Assembly: GCA_037445735.1 (NCBI GenBank)
Contig: JBBIJY010000002.1
Coordinates: 123,133-187,132, forward strand
DNA length: 64,000 bases
Reading direction: 5' to 3'
DNA from: Armatimonadota bacterium
GTDB lineage: Bacteria > Armatimonadota > Fimbriimonadia > Fimbriimonadales > GBS-DC
In this document: positions 38,056-48,660 of the stretch, piece by piece
How the letters are laid out: every line of letters begins with the position of its first letter
Numbering within the stretch: the stretch's first letter is position 1
Made by a program: the position numbers and the translations under genes
The notes under the pieces: model-generated
The model's input: the letters and a program-made list of their open reading frames with translations, nothing else
What the model was told of the DNA's origin: nothing
Databases searched by the model: none

Positions 38056-41000
38056 GTGCGCAGGCTGGAGTTGCTTGTGTGGCTGGTTGCGGGCTTATCC
38101 GGTGCGCTGGTGTTCTGGCGACTCTATTCGCGGGCGTTTCCCGAAGCCAGCATCCAGCTGCGCATCACTCCCCAGCAGGCGTTGCAAATCGGCGAATCTG
38201 CCCTCAAGCAGCTGGATCCGCAAATCAACCTTAAAGGCTGGCGCAGCGCGGTGGTGTTCGAAAGCGACTCGAACGCCAAGCATTATCTGGAAAAGACGCT
38301 GGGGCTGGAGAGAGCCAATCGGCTGATGCAGCGCGAGGTTTCCACCTGGTACTATGAGTGTCGCTGGAAGCGGCATCGGGAGCGGCTTCAGTACTTTGCG
38401 CATGTTGCGCCTGCTGGTGTGGTGGTCAGCGCAGGTATTCGCCTGCCCGACGAAGCGCGGCTCCCAACCGTGTCGGCGGCACAGGCACGCCAGATTGCCG
38501 AGCGGTTCCTGACCCAGCAGCTGCGCCTGGAGCTGGGTCAGTGGCGACTGGTGGAGCGATATGAGCAGAAGCGTCCGAATCGGGTTGACTACACCTTCAC
38601 CTACGAACACCGTTCCCGTAAGTATCCGCCGAATGCCGACACGCCTGCCACCCTGCGCACCACGCTGGTGGTGCAGGGGAATCGGGTTGGATATTATCGC
38701 CTGAACCGTCTCTGGACGCCCCAGAAGTGGCATTTTGAGCAGGATCGCTATGAGAACCGTCGCTGGGTGATTCAGACTGCGGCGGAGGTGCCCTATCTGC
38801 TGTTGCGTGCTGTGTTGTTTGGTGTGCTGATTTACTGGCTGGTGAAGCGTGTGCCGCTGGCGTGGCGGTTTGCCTGGCGGGGCGTGCTGCTGCTTGTTGC
38901 AATCTATCTGCTGACAGCGCTGAACTATCTGCCGCTCTGGTGGGCGGATTACGACCCATCCAAGCGAGAGGTTGTCTATTTGCTGGCGCGGCTGGTTTTT
39001 GTGCTGAGTGGGACTTTTCAAATCGGGCTGTGGAGCCTGGTGTTGCTGGTGACGGCGGACGCGCTCTCGCGTCAGCAGCCGCCTGCAGGAATGCGCCTCG
39101 CGCTGATGGCGACAGGCTCCTTCTGGACGACGCGTGAGGTGGCACGCGGGCTGCTGGTGGGGCTGTGCTTTGCAGGGGTGCATCTGGGCTATGTGACGCT
39201 GCTTTACCTGCTGGGGCGACAGGTCGGCGTGTGGACACCACTGATAGTGCCTTACACCGATGCGGTGGCAACACCACTGCCCTTTCTGGAACCTGTGTTC
39301 TATGGGCTGGAGCCTGCAATTCTGGAGGAGACCTTCTCCCGCGTGGCTGCAATTTATCTGTTATGGCGCGTGGTGCGCCACTTCTGGCTGGCAGCGTTCA
39401 TCAGCAGTGTTATCTGGGCATTTTTGCACACTCTGTATCCGACGGAACCTGTATACATGCGCGGGCTGGAGCTGACGATTATCGCCCTCCTGATGGTGTG
39501 GGTGGCGTTTCGTTACGGGCTGGTTGCCACGATCGCCTCGCACTACACCTATAATGCGCTGCTGACGGCGACCGCGTTCTGGCACATGGACGCACCCTAT
39601 CTGTGGCTGTCCACAGCGCTGGCTGTGCTGGCACCCGCGCTGCTGTTGTTGCCTGCGGCGATGGTGTATCTGCGTCGGCGCACGCTGCCTTCCATCGAGC
39701 AGGTTCAGCCGCTGCCAGAGGGAACTGCGCCGTCTGGGCCGACTGTCAGCCGCCCCATTCTGCCCTATCGTCCGCTGCGCCGCCTGGACTGGGCGCTGCT
39801 CGGCGCACTGGTGTTGCTCGCCGTGGCGATAGCTCTTTTCCATCGCGAAGAGGACAGGCTTGCGCCGCAGGTAACGGTCAATCGCCAGGAAGCGCTCCAG
39901 ATTGCCCGCCGCTATCTGCAGGCGAAAGGCGTGGCGGTGAGGCAGTATCGCACCTTCGTGCAGTTTGAGGATGAGGCTGGTGAGGCTGGTCGCGACTATG
40001 CGCGCAGCATCCATCAGGAGCGGGCGTTTCAGCAACTCCAGCGGGAATATCTGGGCACGGCATGGTGGTATGTGCGCTTTTTCCGCCCGCTACAGCGCGA
40101 GCAGTGGGAGGTCTGGCTCAGCCCGCAGGGTGAAGTGCTGACCTTCGCGCGTGTTCTGCCCGAAGAGGCACCTGGCAGGCGACTGCCACCTGCGCAGGCA
40201 CGCACACGGGCGGAGCAATACCTTCGGGAAGAAGGTGGCTACAACCTGCAGGAGTGGCAGCTCATCGAGACCGACCGCATCGAACGCCCCCATCGCCTCG
40301 ACTATGCGTTCACCTATGAGCATCGCCAGCATCAGCTGGGCGAGGCGAAGCTGCGCCTGCGCGTGCTGGTACAGGGCGACCTGCCACAGGACATCGCCAC
40401 CTGGCTCCACATCCCTGAAGAGTGGCGGTTCGAGCGTGAGCAGTTCGAAGACTGGACGATTCTGGCGCTTGCATGGCTATTGCTGTTGCTGCTTGTGCTG
40501 CTGGGTATTGTGCTGGTGCGTGAGTGGCGCGATGGTACTTTTGCTTCGTATTCGTGGTCATCGGGACTGAAGGTGGGGCTGTTCGGCACGATAACGATAT
40601 TGCTCCTGATTGTTGCCAATTGGGATCAGTTCATGTGGGGTGGCTACGACACCTCAACGCCCGAAGGGGTTCAGCTGATGATGATGAGCGTGGCGCTCTT
40701 GCTGGTGATTCTGATTGGCGGTGGTTTGCTGATCGGCTGCTATGCGAACATGGAGCCGTTATGGTGGCGATTGCGCTTGCCGCATCTGGTGCCGCTTTCG
40801 GTCTGGCTGAAGCCGTCCGCGTGGCGCGAGATGCCTGCCGATTCGCCGTTGCGCCATTCACGCGCCCTGTCCGAAAGCCTGATTGTGGTCTATTTGCTTG
40901 CGCTGGCGGCGGGGCTGCTCAACTATGCCTCCTCTGACGGTGTGCCAAACCTGCACGCGAACCATTTGTGGCTGGAGGGCGTCGCTCTGGCAGCCTTCCT

Positions 41001-41490
41001 GACGGTGCTGGGCGGTCTGGTGCTGATCGGGGCAGCGGGCATCTATCACGGCTACCTGCGCTCCTTCTGGCGGGTGCTGATGCTCGCCGCGCTATTTACG
41101 CCCGCCACCCTGATCGGCGCTGGCTCGTGGACAGAAGTGGGCGAGAATCTGACCGACTATGGGCTGGGCTTCTTGATGATCGCGGCGCTGGGCTACTGGC
41201 TGGGGCGGTATCTGCTACAGGGCAACCTGTTCGGCTGGGCTGCTTTTATCTATCTGAGCATGCTAACGGTCTTTATCACCGATTGCTGGCTGGTGAACGA
41301 TTCGGCGGTTCGCTGGCAGGGTGTGTGGATGCTGCCTTTCGGCTTGCTGCCAGTTGCGGGATGGCTGTTATGGAGGCGCTATCTCCCTCCAGCGCCGCTG
41401 CCACCATCCGATGCGCTGACCGAAGCCGCGTTCTCATCGGCGCTTGCAACTATGGAGGCGCCCCGGAGGGTGGCGGAGGACGAGCTATAG
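38056..41490 (+). CDS. Large (1144 aa) CPBP-family membrane protease with duplicated extracytoplasmic domain
   Basis: AILEETFSR, WAFLH and ASHYTYN CPBP motifs; two homologous soluble domains (..DY(T/A)FTYEH..LVQG..W.FE). Confidence 0.7.
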   Translation: MRRLELLVWLVAGLSGALVFWRLYSRAFPEASIQLRITPQQALQIGESALKQLDPQINLKGWRSAVVFESDSNAKHYLEKTLGLERANRLMQREVSTWYYECRWKRHRERLQYFAHVAPAGVVVSAGIRLPDEARLPTVSAAQARQIAERFLTQQLRLELGQWRLVERYEQKRPNRVDYTFTYEHRSRKYPPNADTPATLRTTLVVQGNRVGYYRLNRLWTPQKWHFEQDRYENRRWVIQTAAEVPYLLLRAVLFGVLIYWLVKRVPLAWRFAWRGVLLLVAIYLLTALNYLPLWWADYDPSKREVVYLLARLVFVLSGTFQIGLWSLVLLVTADALSRQQPPAGMRLALMATGSFWTTREVARGLLVGLCFAGVHLGYVTLLYLLGRQVGVWTPLIVPYTDAVATPLPFLEPVFYGLEPAILEETFSRVAAIYLLWRVVRHFWLAAFISSVIWAFLHTLYPTEPVYMRGLELTIIALLMVWVAFRYGLVATIASHYTYNALLTATAFWHMDAPYLWLSTALAVLAPALLLLPAAMVYLRRRTLPSIEQVQPLPEGTAPSGPTVSRPILPYRPLRRLDWALLGALVLLAVAIALFHREEDRLAPQVTVNRQEALQIARRYLQAKGVAVRQYRTFVQFEDEAGEAGRDYARSIHQERAFQQLQREYLGTAWWYVRFFRPLQREQWEVWLSPQGEVLTFARVLPEEAPGRRLPPAQARTRAEQYLREEGGYNLQEWQLIETDRIERPHRLDYAFTYEHRQHQLGEAKLRLRVLVQGDLPQDIATWLHIPEEWRFEREQFEDWTILALAWLLLLLLVLLGIVLVREWRDGTFASYSWSSGLKVGLFGTITILLLIVANWDQFMWGGYDTSTPEGVQLMMMSVALLLVILIGGGLLIGCYANMEPLWWRLRLPHLVPLSVWLKPSAWREMPADSPLRHSRALSESLIVVYLLALAAGLLNYASSDGVPNLHANHLWLEGVALAAFLTVLGGLVLIGAAGIYHGYLRSFWRVLMLAALFTPATLIGAGSWTEVGENLTDYGLGFLMIAALGYWLGRYLLQGNLFGWAAFIYLSMLTVFITDCWLVNDSAVRWQGVWMLPFGLLPVAGWLLWRRYLPPAPLPPSDALTEAAFSSALATMEAPRRVAEDEL

Positions 41491-41493
41491 TCT

Positions 41494-42567
41494 CTACGGG
41501 ATGGATGAGGGGATAGCATGGAGTGTCTGGCGCACGCGCTCCAGCACCTCGTCCACTGTGATCCATTGCAGGCATTCGTGCGCCAGGCAGCGGTCGGGCG
41601 GGCACTGGCGGCACAGGGGGCGTTTGTACAGCACGCGCTCGCGCTGCCCGAACGGGCCCGTGCGGTCGGGGCTGGTGGGTCCGTAGAGCGCGACGCAGGG
41701 TGTGCCGAACGCCGCCGCGATATGCGCCGTGCCCGTGTCGCCACAGATATGGAGCGCCGATTGAGTCACGACCGCCATCGCCTGCTTGAGCGTGGTGCGC
41801 CCGATGAGGCTGCGCAGCGGGCGATCTTTGAGCGTGCGCAGTTTCTCTTCTAACGGTTTATCGCTCGCGCCGCCGATGAACACGGCGGGCAGACCCAGCT
41901 CGGCTTCGATGCGGTCGGACAGCGCGGCGAACTTCTCAATCGCCCAGCGTTTCCACTCCCTGCCCGCGGAGGGGTTCAGCGAGATAAACACCCCCGCCGC
42001 GCCCACCTGCTGGAGCATCGCCCGCGCACTCTGACGCGCTTCTTCAGGAATGACCAGCGGGAACTCCACGGGCAGAGCAGGCTCCACGCCCAGCCAGCGG
42101 ACCGCCTCCAGATATTGCAGCACCACATGCCAGTCGGGTCGGTCGGGGATCGGCAGGCGTTTCATCAGCAGGGGCGTGCCCTCGCGCATGCGGTGCGCCC
42201 CGAATCGCAGGGGCACACCGCCCAGCACGCCCCAGAGGGCACTTTTGAGCAGACCCTGCAGGTCCAGCGCGACCTGATACCGCTCGGCGCGAATCTCGCC
42301 GATGAGCTGGCGGATGGCTCGCCACCATTCGCGGCGAAACGGACGCTCGCGCAACAGGCGATGGGGCACGATATGGAGCCGATCGATGCAGGGCGAATCG
42401 GCGATCACACCCGCATGGCGGTCTTCCGCCACCCAGCCGATGATCAGATGCGGGTAAGCTCGCTTCAGTGCCGCGGCGACGGGCGACGCATGCACAATAT
42501 CGCCCATTGACGAAACCTTCAGGATCAGCAGCCGCTGCACCCGCCCCAGATCGACGACAGGCTCCAT
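41494..42567 (-). CDS. Glycosyltransferase family 9 (ADP-heptose:LPS heptosyltransferase-like)
   Basis: KVSSMGDIVH, DLQGLLKSA, KRW, DTGTAHIAAA and LYGPT. Confidence 0.9.
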   Translation of the reverse strand: MEPVVDLGRVQRLLILKVSSMGDIVHASPVAAALKRAYPHLIIGWVAEDRHAGVIADSPCIDRLHIVPHRLLRERPFRREWWRAIRQLIGEIRAERYQVALDLQGLLKSALWGVLGGVPLRFGAHRMREGTPLLMKRLPIPDRPDWHVVLQYLEAVRWLGVEPALPVEFPLVIPEEARQSARAMLQQVGAAGVFISLNPSAGREWKRWAIEKFAALSDRIEAELGLPAVFIGGASDKPLEEKLRTLKDRPLRSLIGRTTLKQAMAVVTQSALHICGDTGTAHIAAAFGTPCVALYGPTSPDRTGPFGQRERVLYKRPLCRQCPPDRCLAHECLQWITVDEVLERVRQTLHAIPSSIP

Positions 42568-43655
42568 CACAGCGCCATCGGCATAATCACGCACAGGTAG
42601 TCGCTGCGGTCAGCGGGCTTGAACACCGCGGGTCGCAATGCCTCCGTGAGTTCGATGGCGACGCCCTCGCTCTCCAGCACCTCCAGCACATCGAGCAGGT
42701 AGCGGGCGTTGAAGGCGATTTCGAGGTCGTCGCCCTCGCGCACCAGGTCGACGGCTTCCTTCGCCTCGCCGGCGTCGCCCTGCGCGGTGATGACCAGCTT
42801 CTCGCCCTCGGTGCGCAGGTAGACCTTGTTCGCGTTGCTTTTGGCGATGAGGTAGGCGCGGCGCAGCGCGTCGCGGAACTCGTCGACCATCAGCACCCAG
42901 CGGCGCGTGTACTCCTGCGGGATGACCCGCTGATAGTTCGGGTACTGCCCCTCGATGAGCTGGGTGACGACGCTGGCGTTCTCGCCGTAGAAGGCGGCTC
43001 GCTGCGTGCCCAGCTGGATGGTGAAGGTCTCGGAGGCGGGCAGGCGGGGCAGGAGCTGAATCGCCTTGAGGGGCACAATCGCGCTGACGGGCTCGCCGTC
43101 GCCGCCAATCTCGGCGTCGCGCACCGCCAGCCGATGCGTGTCGGTCGCCACCATGCGCAGGTTCGAGCCGCTATACTCCATGCGGATGCCCGTCAGGGTC
43201 AGGCGCACCTCCTCGCGCGAGACGGCGAACTCCACCGAGTCGACCATCTCACGAAAGAGCGGCGCAGGCACAATAAGCTGGGTGCTGTCTTCCAGCTCTG
43301 GCACGGGCGGGTACTGGTCAGCGGGCAGCCCCACCAGCTGATAGCGCGATTCGCCCGCCTGAACAATCAGCTGGTTGCGATCGCCCGTTTCCAGATTGAC
43401 CTCCTCGGTGTTGAGCGAGCCGATCAGGTCGGAGATGAGCTTCGCGCTGACGGTGGTGGCGCCCGTCTCGCCCACAATCGCGGGGATTCGGCACTCGACC
43501 CACTGTTCGAGGTCGCTCCCGATCAGGCGCAGGCTGTCGTCCTGAGCCTCCAGATAGAGGTGGCTCAAGATGGGCAAAGTGGAGCGGGTTGCCGCCGCCG
43601 GCGCCACAACGCTCAGTGCATCATCCAGCTGCTTCCGATTGCATTGCAGTTTCAT
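42567..43655 (-). CDS. dnaN: DNA polymerase III beta clamp
   Basis: TLPILS, VATDTHRLA, LIEGQYPNY.RVIP, IAFNARYL and VIMPM; RBS AGGAGG. Confidence 0.96.
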   Translation of the reverse strand: MKLQCNRKQLDDALSVVAPAAATRSTLPILSHLYLEAQDDSLRLIGSDLEQWVECRIPAIVGETGATTVSAKLISDLIGSLNTEEVNLETGDRNQLIVQAGESRYQLVGLPADQYPPVPELEDSTQLIVPAPLFREMVDSVEFAVSREEVRLTLTGIRMEYSGSNLRMVATDTHRLAVRDAEIGGDGEPVSAIVPLKAIQLLPRLPASETFTIQLGTQRAAFYGENASVVTQLIEGQYPNYQRVIPQEYTRRWVLMVDEFRDALRRAYLIAKSNANKVYLRTEGEKLVITAQGDAGEAKEAVDLVREGDDLEIAFNARYLLDVLEVLESEGVAIELTEALRPAVFKPADRSDYLCVIMPMAL

Positions 43656-43681
43656 CCGTGTCCTCCTCTCCTCTGTGGGGA

Positions 43682-43927
43682 TTATTGTACCCCCTGATGG
43701 AGGCTTTTGTCGAAGCGCAGGCGCCAGCGTCGGTCGCCGCATCGGGTCAGCCGTCCGTCGGCGCGGGCACGCCGAATGCGCTGAACGGCGATCTGAATGA
43801 GCAGGGCTTCCTCGTCGGGGTCGCGCGGGCGCGTGCGGGGCAGCCGCTTCAAACTGCCACTGCGCAACAACATCTGGCGCACCTGCCGATGCCGCGCTTT
43901 CAACTCATCCCAGCGGTAGGTCGCCAT
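43682..43927 (-). CDS. Small basic hypothetical protein (81 aa)
   Basis: ORF overlaps the 3' end of the upstream nucleotidyltransferase gene. Confidence 0.5.
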   Translation of the reverse strand: MATYRWDELKARHRQVRQMLLRSGSLKRLPRTRPRDPDEEALLIQIAVQRIRRARADGRLTRCGDRRWRLRFDKSLHQGVQ

Positions 43928-44471
43928 CGCTCTGCACCACCTGCCACAGCTCTTCCAGCGCTGTCAGTACCTCCTCCTGCTGTGCCCGCTGGCGCAGGTA
44001 GGTCATGTCCAGCTCGCCACGGTAGGCACGCAGCAGGGTCTCCGCCCAGCGTCGGTCCTCACGCGAACCCCAGTGGACAGCCGCATTCAGCCGATCGATA
44101 ATCAAATCTTCCAGCCCGATGCAGTGAACCTGATAGCCGTCAATCTCGATGGTGTTGACGCGCCCGCTATCGCCCGCCAGCGCAACATCGGGGATCTCCA
44201 GCACGACCTCCCAGTGTGGATGATAAAAGAGCCGTCCCATCGGTTCGAAGCCCATCACCTGCAGCTCGCGCACAGCACGCTCCCGCTGCGGCACAACAAG
44301 ATCGACATCGTGGCTCTGATAGTCGCCCGATGAATAGATTTCCACCGCGGTGCCTCCCACGATAATCGGCTGTATTCCTTCCGCGCTCAGCCGACGGGTC
44401 AGCTCGCCGACAATCAGCAGCTTCTTTTCGAGTTCGCTGCTTGCCGCACGCAACCGCTCCTCAAGGCTCAT
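43905..44471 (-). CDS. Nucleotidyltransferase-fold protein (DUF6036-like)
   Basis: [21 protein letters not shown] (GG..DxD) and LEDLIIDRL. Confidence 0.7.
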   Translation of the reverse strand: MSLEERLRAASSELEKKLLIVGELTRRLSAEGIQPIIVGGTAVEIYSSGDYQSHDVDLVVPQRERAVRELQVMGFEPMGRLFYHPHWEVVLEIPDVALAGDSGRVNTIEIDGYQVHCIGLEDLIIDRLNAAVHWGSREDRRWAETLLRAYRGELDMTYLRQRAQQEEVLTALEELWQVVQSDGDLPLG

Positions 44472-44591
44472 GCAAAGAGTCTACCCCCTCGGCTGGGGTA
44501 TACTTGCTATGGTCTGCAAGGCGGCAGCAGGCGTTGTGGGGCGGAGCGTTCGCCCCCACTCAAAGCAGAGCCATACTGGAGGAACGGAGCG

Positions 44592-46178
44592 ATGCTAACT
44601 GAGATCGAAATGGCGCAGGTGGTGGACAACCCGCAAATCGACCAGTTACTGGGTCAGGCGGCACCTCTTTATCACAATCTTTCGGTAGCGGCGCTGGTGG
44701 AGCATGCAGTGATGCGTGGGGAGGCGCAGTTAGCCTCGAACGGCTCCCTCGTGGTGCGCACGGGCAGATACACAGGACGCTCCCCCAGAGACAAGTTCGT
44801 GGTGGCTCGCCCCGAATATGAGTCGCTGATCGACTGGGGCGCGATCAATCAGCGGATGGAGCCAGCCGTCTTTGAGGCGCTGCTGATGCGCGTCACGGCG
44901 TACCTGTGCAATCGCCCGCTCTATGTGCAGGACTGCTTCGCCGGCGCAGATCCGCGCTACCGCCTGCCCGTGCGCGTCATCACCGAATATGCCTGGCATA
45001 ATCTATTCGCTAAACAGCTTTTTATCCGTCCCGCGCGTGACGAAGTCGCAAATTTTCGTCCTGCGTTCACCGTGCTGTCGGCGCCGGGCTTCAAGACCGA
45101 CCCCGCGATTGATGGCACGCGCAGTGAGGTGGTGATCGCGCTTGACTTTCGGCGGCGCATCGTGCTGATTGCAGGCACGGCATACGCAGGCGAGATTAAA
45201 AAATCTATCTTCACGGTGATGAACTTTCTGCTTCCGTTGCAGGGCGTCTTTCCGATGCACTGCTCGGCGAATGTGGGTGCCTCAGGCGATGTCGCGCTCT
45301 TTTTCGGGCTGAGCGGCACAGGCAAAACCTCGCTCTCCGCTGACCCGCAACGCCGACTCGTCGGCGACGACGAACATGGCTGGACCGACGACGGCATCTT
45401 CAACTTCGAAGGGGGCTGCTATGCCAAGTGCATTCGGCTCTCGCGCGAGAACGAACCGCAAATCTGGGACGCCATCCGATTTGGCAGCGTGGTGGAGAAT
45501 GTGGCGGTGGATCCCGAAACGCGCGAGCCGAACTATGACGACGACTCCATCACCGAGAACACGCGCGCGGCGTACCCGCTGGACTATATCGCGAACGCGG
45601 TGATCCCGAGCGTGGCGGGTCATCCCCAGCATCTGTTTTTCCTGGCGTGCGATGCGTTTGGCGTGCTGCCACCCATCAGCCGATTGAGCATCGAGCAGGC
45701 GATGGAGATGTTTTTACTGGGCTACACGGCGAAGGTGGCGGGCACAGAGCGGGGCATCACCGAGCCGCAGATGACCTTCAGCGCGTGTTTCGGTGCGCCG
45801 TTTCTGCCGATGCATCCGAGCCGCTACGCGCAGATGCTGGGCGAACGGCTGGAGCGCCACACTGCGCAGGCGTGGCTGGTCAACACGGGCTGGACCGGCG
45901 GCGCGTACGGCATCGGCACGCGAATCCCCATCCGCTACACCCGCGCGATGATTCGGGCAGCGATGCAGGGCGCCCTCGATGCCGTGCCCTACCGCAAAGA
46001 CCCCCTCTTTAATCTGGAAGTGCCCGCCGCCTGCCCCGATGTGCCCGCCGAGCTGCTGAACCCGCGCGACACCTGGCAGGACAAAGCCGCTTATGACCAG
46101 AAGGCACACTGGCTGGCGGAGCAGATGCGCGCCCATCTGGAACGCATCATCCCTGCCGATGAAGACGACAGCGCATGA
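44592..46178 (+). CDS. pckA: Phosphoenolpyruvate carboxykinase (ATP)
   Basis: [38 protein letters not shown] and NFEGGCYAK. Confidence 0.97.
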   Translation: MLTEIEMAQVVDNPQIDQLLGQAAPLYHNLSVAALVEHAVMRGEAQLASNGSLVVRTGRYTGRSPRDKFVVARPEYESLIDWGAINQRMEPAVFEALLMRVTAYLCNRPLYVQDCFAGADPRYRLPVRVITEYAWHNLFAKQLFIRPARDEVANFRPAFTVLSAPGFKTDPAIDGTRSEVVIALDFRRRIVLIAGTAYAGEIKKSIFTVMNFLLPLQGVFPMHCSANVGASGDVALFFGLSGTGKTSLSADPQRRLVGDDEHGWTDDGIFNFEGGCYAKCIRLSRENEPQIWDAIRFGSVVENVAVDPETREPNYDDDSITENTRAAYPLDYIANAVIPSVAGHPQHLFFLACDAFGVLPPISRLSIEQAMEMFLLGYTAKVAGTERGITEPQMTFSACFGAPFLPMHPSRYAQMLGERLERHTAQAWLVNTGWTGGAYGIGTRIPIRYTRAMIRAAMQGALDAVPYRKDPLFNLEVPAACPDVPAELLNPRDTWQDKAAYDQKAHWLAEQMRAHLERIIPADEDDSA

Positions 46179-46219
46179 GAGATGAAGTTCCCGTTAGGGG
46201 GCAGCTGTCCACAGGGGCA

Positions 46220-48376
46220 TTAGAATCTTTTGTGATGCCCGTTGGTGGGCAGCTGAACCCACTCCACCTGGCTGACCAGCGCGTCGAGCAGCCACAGCAC
46301 GACACCTCCTGCAATCAGCGCAGCGGTCACCAGCCCCGAATCGTTGAACAGCACGGCGGCGACCGCGCCCACCCCGCAGGCGTAGATTGCCGAGAGGAGC
46401 GCGTCGATGCCGTGCCAGAGCCGAACCAGTGGCAGACGCAGCCATCGCCAGACCGCCAGCGCGAACAGCCCGAAGCCCGCCAGCGCCATTAGCATCGGCG
46501 CGGCGAACAGCACCCGCTGCGCCACCGCCAGCTTCGCCATCAGGAGCATGCCGAAATCGCCCATCAGCATCGACTGCCACGCCCGCCCGAAATGCGACTG
46601 CAGCCGCCAGTGCTGACGCGAATCGAGCCAGACGACCAGCGTCATCGCAATGAGCGCGAGCAGCAGCAACGCAGGCAGCACCCAGCGGCTGGGCAGGGGC
46701 GTGCGCCAGCTTGCCGATACACGCTCCGGCAGCAGTGCGTTCAGCATCCAGCCGAAAGCCAGCGCCATCGGCGCCCACGCGCCCAGGTTCGAACCCAGAA
46801 TTGGCAGCCCGAAGGTGAGAATGAGGAGCGCGTAGACCGCCGTGAGCGCCATCAGCCCGCGCCCGCCAGGGCGATGGCGCCCGATGCTCTCCAGCCAGCT
46901 CGCGGGCGCAAGCAGCGCCAGCGGCAGCACAATCCCCAGATAGGTGTTGTCCAGCCCGTACAGGCGCGCCCCCTCCCATAAATAGAGACCCATCAGCGAG
47001 CGATTGACGCCATAGCCGCCCGCCAAATACATATCGAGCAGAATGACCAGCAACACAACCGCGCCCGCCGCGCTGAGCGGTGGCATCTCCAGCCGGTGAA
47101 TGAACGCTGCCATCACGAGGCTCAACACGACCCAGCCTGCCACCAGCCAGCCCACCAGCACCGACGCATCGCCTGCCCGATCGCCTGTCCACAGCTCAAA
47201 CGGGCAGTAGCTGTACCAGATGGCAACGGCAGGGAACAGCAGCAGCGCTGCCAGCCCGACCCGATAGAGCGAGCGCAGCCAGCCACCCAGCCGCTGGAGC
47301 CACCACAGCCCAAGCCCGCCAAGAACCCACACGGTGCCAATCGCGGCGACGGCAATGAGCAGCACGGGCGCCAGCTCGTGCTGAACGCGCCAGTGTTCCT
47401 CGATCCGGGTGAGCATATCGCGGCGGTCGCTCAGTCCCATCGTCTGGCGCAGGGCGCGCGTGCCCGTGCGCAGCAGTTGTCCGTTCCAGAAGGCGTGCCA
47501 GTCCGATTCGCTCGCGTTGAACGCCGGCGTGCCGTCAGCTTCCCGCCAGTTTGCCGATTCGCCCCCAATCGCTTGCGTCAGCGTCGGCACAAGGTCCGCC
47601 TCTATAATCAGCCCTGTCCAGCGGGTGGACGCCGAAGTGAGCAGACCGGGCGGCTCGCGGGCGGCATAGCGCACAACCGCGGTCAGCCGCGCGACGCCGT
47701 CCAGACCGCCATCGGGCGGCTGAAGGCTCACCACCCAGGTTTCGATGCCTTCCGCCATCAGCAGCTCCAGCGCGGCGTAGTCCCAGCGTGCCATCTCGAT
47801 CAGTACCCAGTCGGCGTCGAGCGCAGGCAGGGCAACGCGCAGGCTCTCAAAATCGGGGAAGGCACGCACGGGCATATAACCGCGACTGTTGACCCCAATC
47901 AGCGCGCAGGGGCTGGGCGGGGGCGATTCAGGCGTGACGAGATAGAGTCCTGTCAGCCCCGTGCGCTGCAGGCGTGCGCCCAGCGTGTATTGCAATATTT
48001 CTCGTCGGCTCAAACTGCCCGCATTAAGCGCCAGCAGAGCTGGTCGGGGCGGTGTCGTCCCCGTGCGTCGCCGAAACGCCTGCCACGCCGTGCCGCGCTC
48101 AAACGGCGCGCCGTCCATCAGCACCACCCCATCGCTCGCATGCGCGGGCAGCCGACGCCCCGTCGCAAACACCAGCGCACGCCCCATCTGCCACGGCTCG
48201 GCAGCATCGGGCACCGCTGGCACGCGCTTCCACAGCATCCACGCCGACTGGTGCGGAATGTCGCCACTCAGTTGCTCCGGCGTCAATCCTTCGTGAACCA
48301 GCACCAGTACCAGGCGCGGCTCTGCCCGCGCGGAAATCAGCAGGCACAACAGCAGTGCGGGAACCGCCCCTCTCAT
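46220..48376 (-). CDS. Membrane protein with N-terminal exported domain (718 aa)
   Basis: Signal peptide and many TM helices; GARLYGLDN, SHFGR and FNDSG motifs. Function unassigned. Confidence 0.7.
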   Translation of the reverse strand: MRGAVPALLLCLLISARAEPRLVLVLVHEGLTPEQLSGDIPHQSAWMLWKRVPAVPDAAEPWQMGRALVFATGRRLPAHASDGVVLMDGAPFERGTAWQAFRRRTGTTPPRPALLALNAGSLSRREILQYTLGARLQRTGLTGLYLVTPESPPPSPCALIGVNSRGYMPVRAFPDFESLRVALPALDADWVLIEMARWDYAALELLMAEGIETWVVSLQPPDGGLDGVARLTAVVRYAAREPPGLLTSASTRWTGLIIEADLVPTLTQAIGGESANWREADGTPAFNASESDWHAFWNGQLLRTGTRALRQTMGLSDRRDMLTRIEEHWRVQHELAPVLLIAVAAIGTVWVLGGLGLWWLQRLGGWLRSLYRVGLAALLLFPAVAIWYSYCPFELWTGDRAGDASVLVGWLVAGWVVLSLVMAAFIHRLEMPPLSAAGAVVLLVILLDMYLAGGYGVNRSLMGLYLWEGARLYGLDNTYLGIVLPLALLAPASWLESIGRHRPGGRGLMALTAVYALLILTFGLPILGSNLGAWAPMALAFGWMLNALLPERVSASWRTPLPSRWVLPALLLLALIAMTLVVWLDSRQHWRLQSHFGRAWQSMLMGDFGMLLMAKLAVAQRVLFAAPMLMALAGFGLFALAVWRWLRLPLVRLWHGIDALLSAIYACGVGAVAAVLFNDSGLVTAALIAGGVVLWLLDALVSQVEWVQLPTNGHHKRF

Positions 48377-48654
48377 CGCGCGATGAAAAACTGCTCAAAC
48401 TCGCCTGTCGGCTCGCTCCAGTGGGTCTCCACCTCACGCACCATCGCGCCGATGGGACCTCTCTGCAGGTGGGCAATCAGCAGATGCAGGGCGGTCTCGT
48501 CGCCTTCAGCCACGACCTCCACCTCGCCGTCGGGCAGATTGCGCGCATAGCCCTTTAAGCCCAGCCGTCGCGCATGCTCCAGCACGAACAGCCGATACCC
48601 CACACCCTGCACTCGCCCGCGCACAATCGCGGTCAGCCGACGCATCGCCACCAT
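48373..48654 (-). CDS. acyP: Acylphosphatase
   Basis: VRGRVQGVGYR..GYARNLPDG.VEVVAEG..GP. Confidence 0.93.
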   Translation of the reverse strand: MVAMRRLTAIVRGRVQGVGYRLFVLEHARRLGLKGYARNLPDGEVEVVAEGDETALHLLIAHLQRGPIGAMVREVETHWSEPTGEFEQFFIAR

Positions 48655-48660
48655 GCGCGA

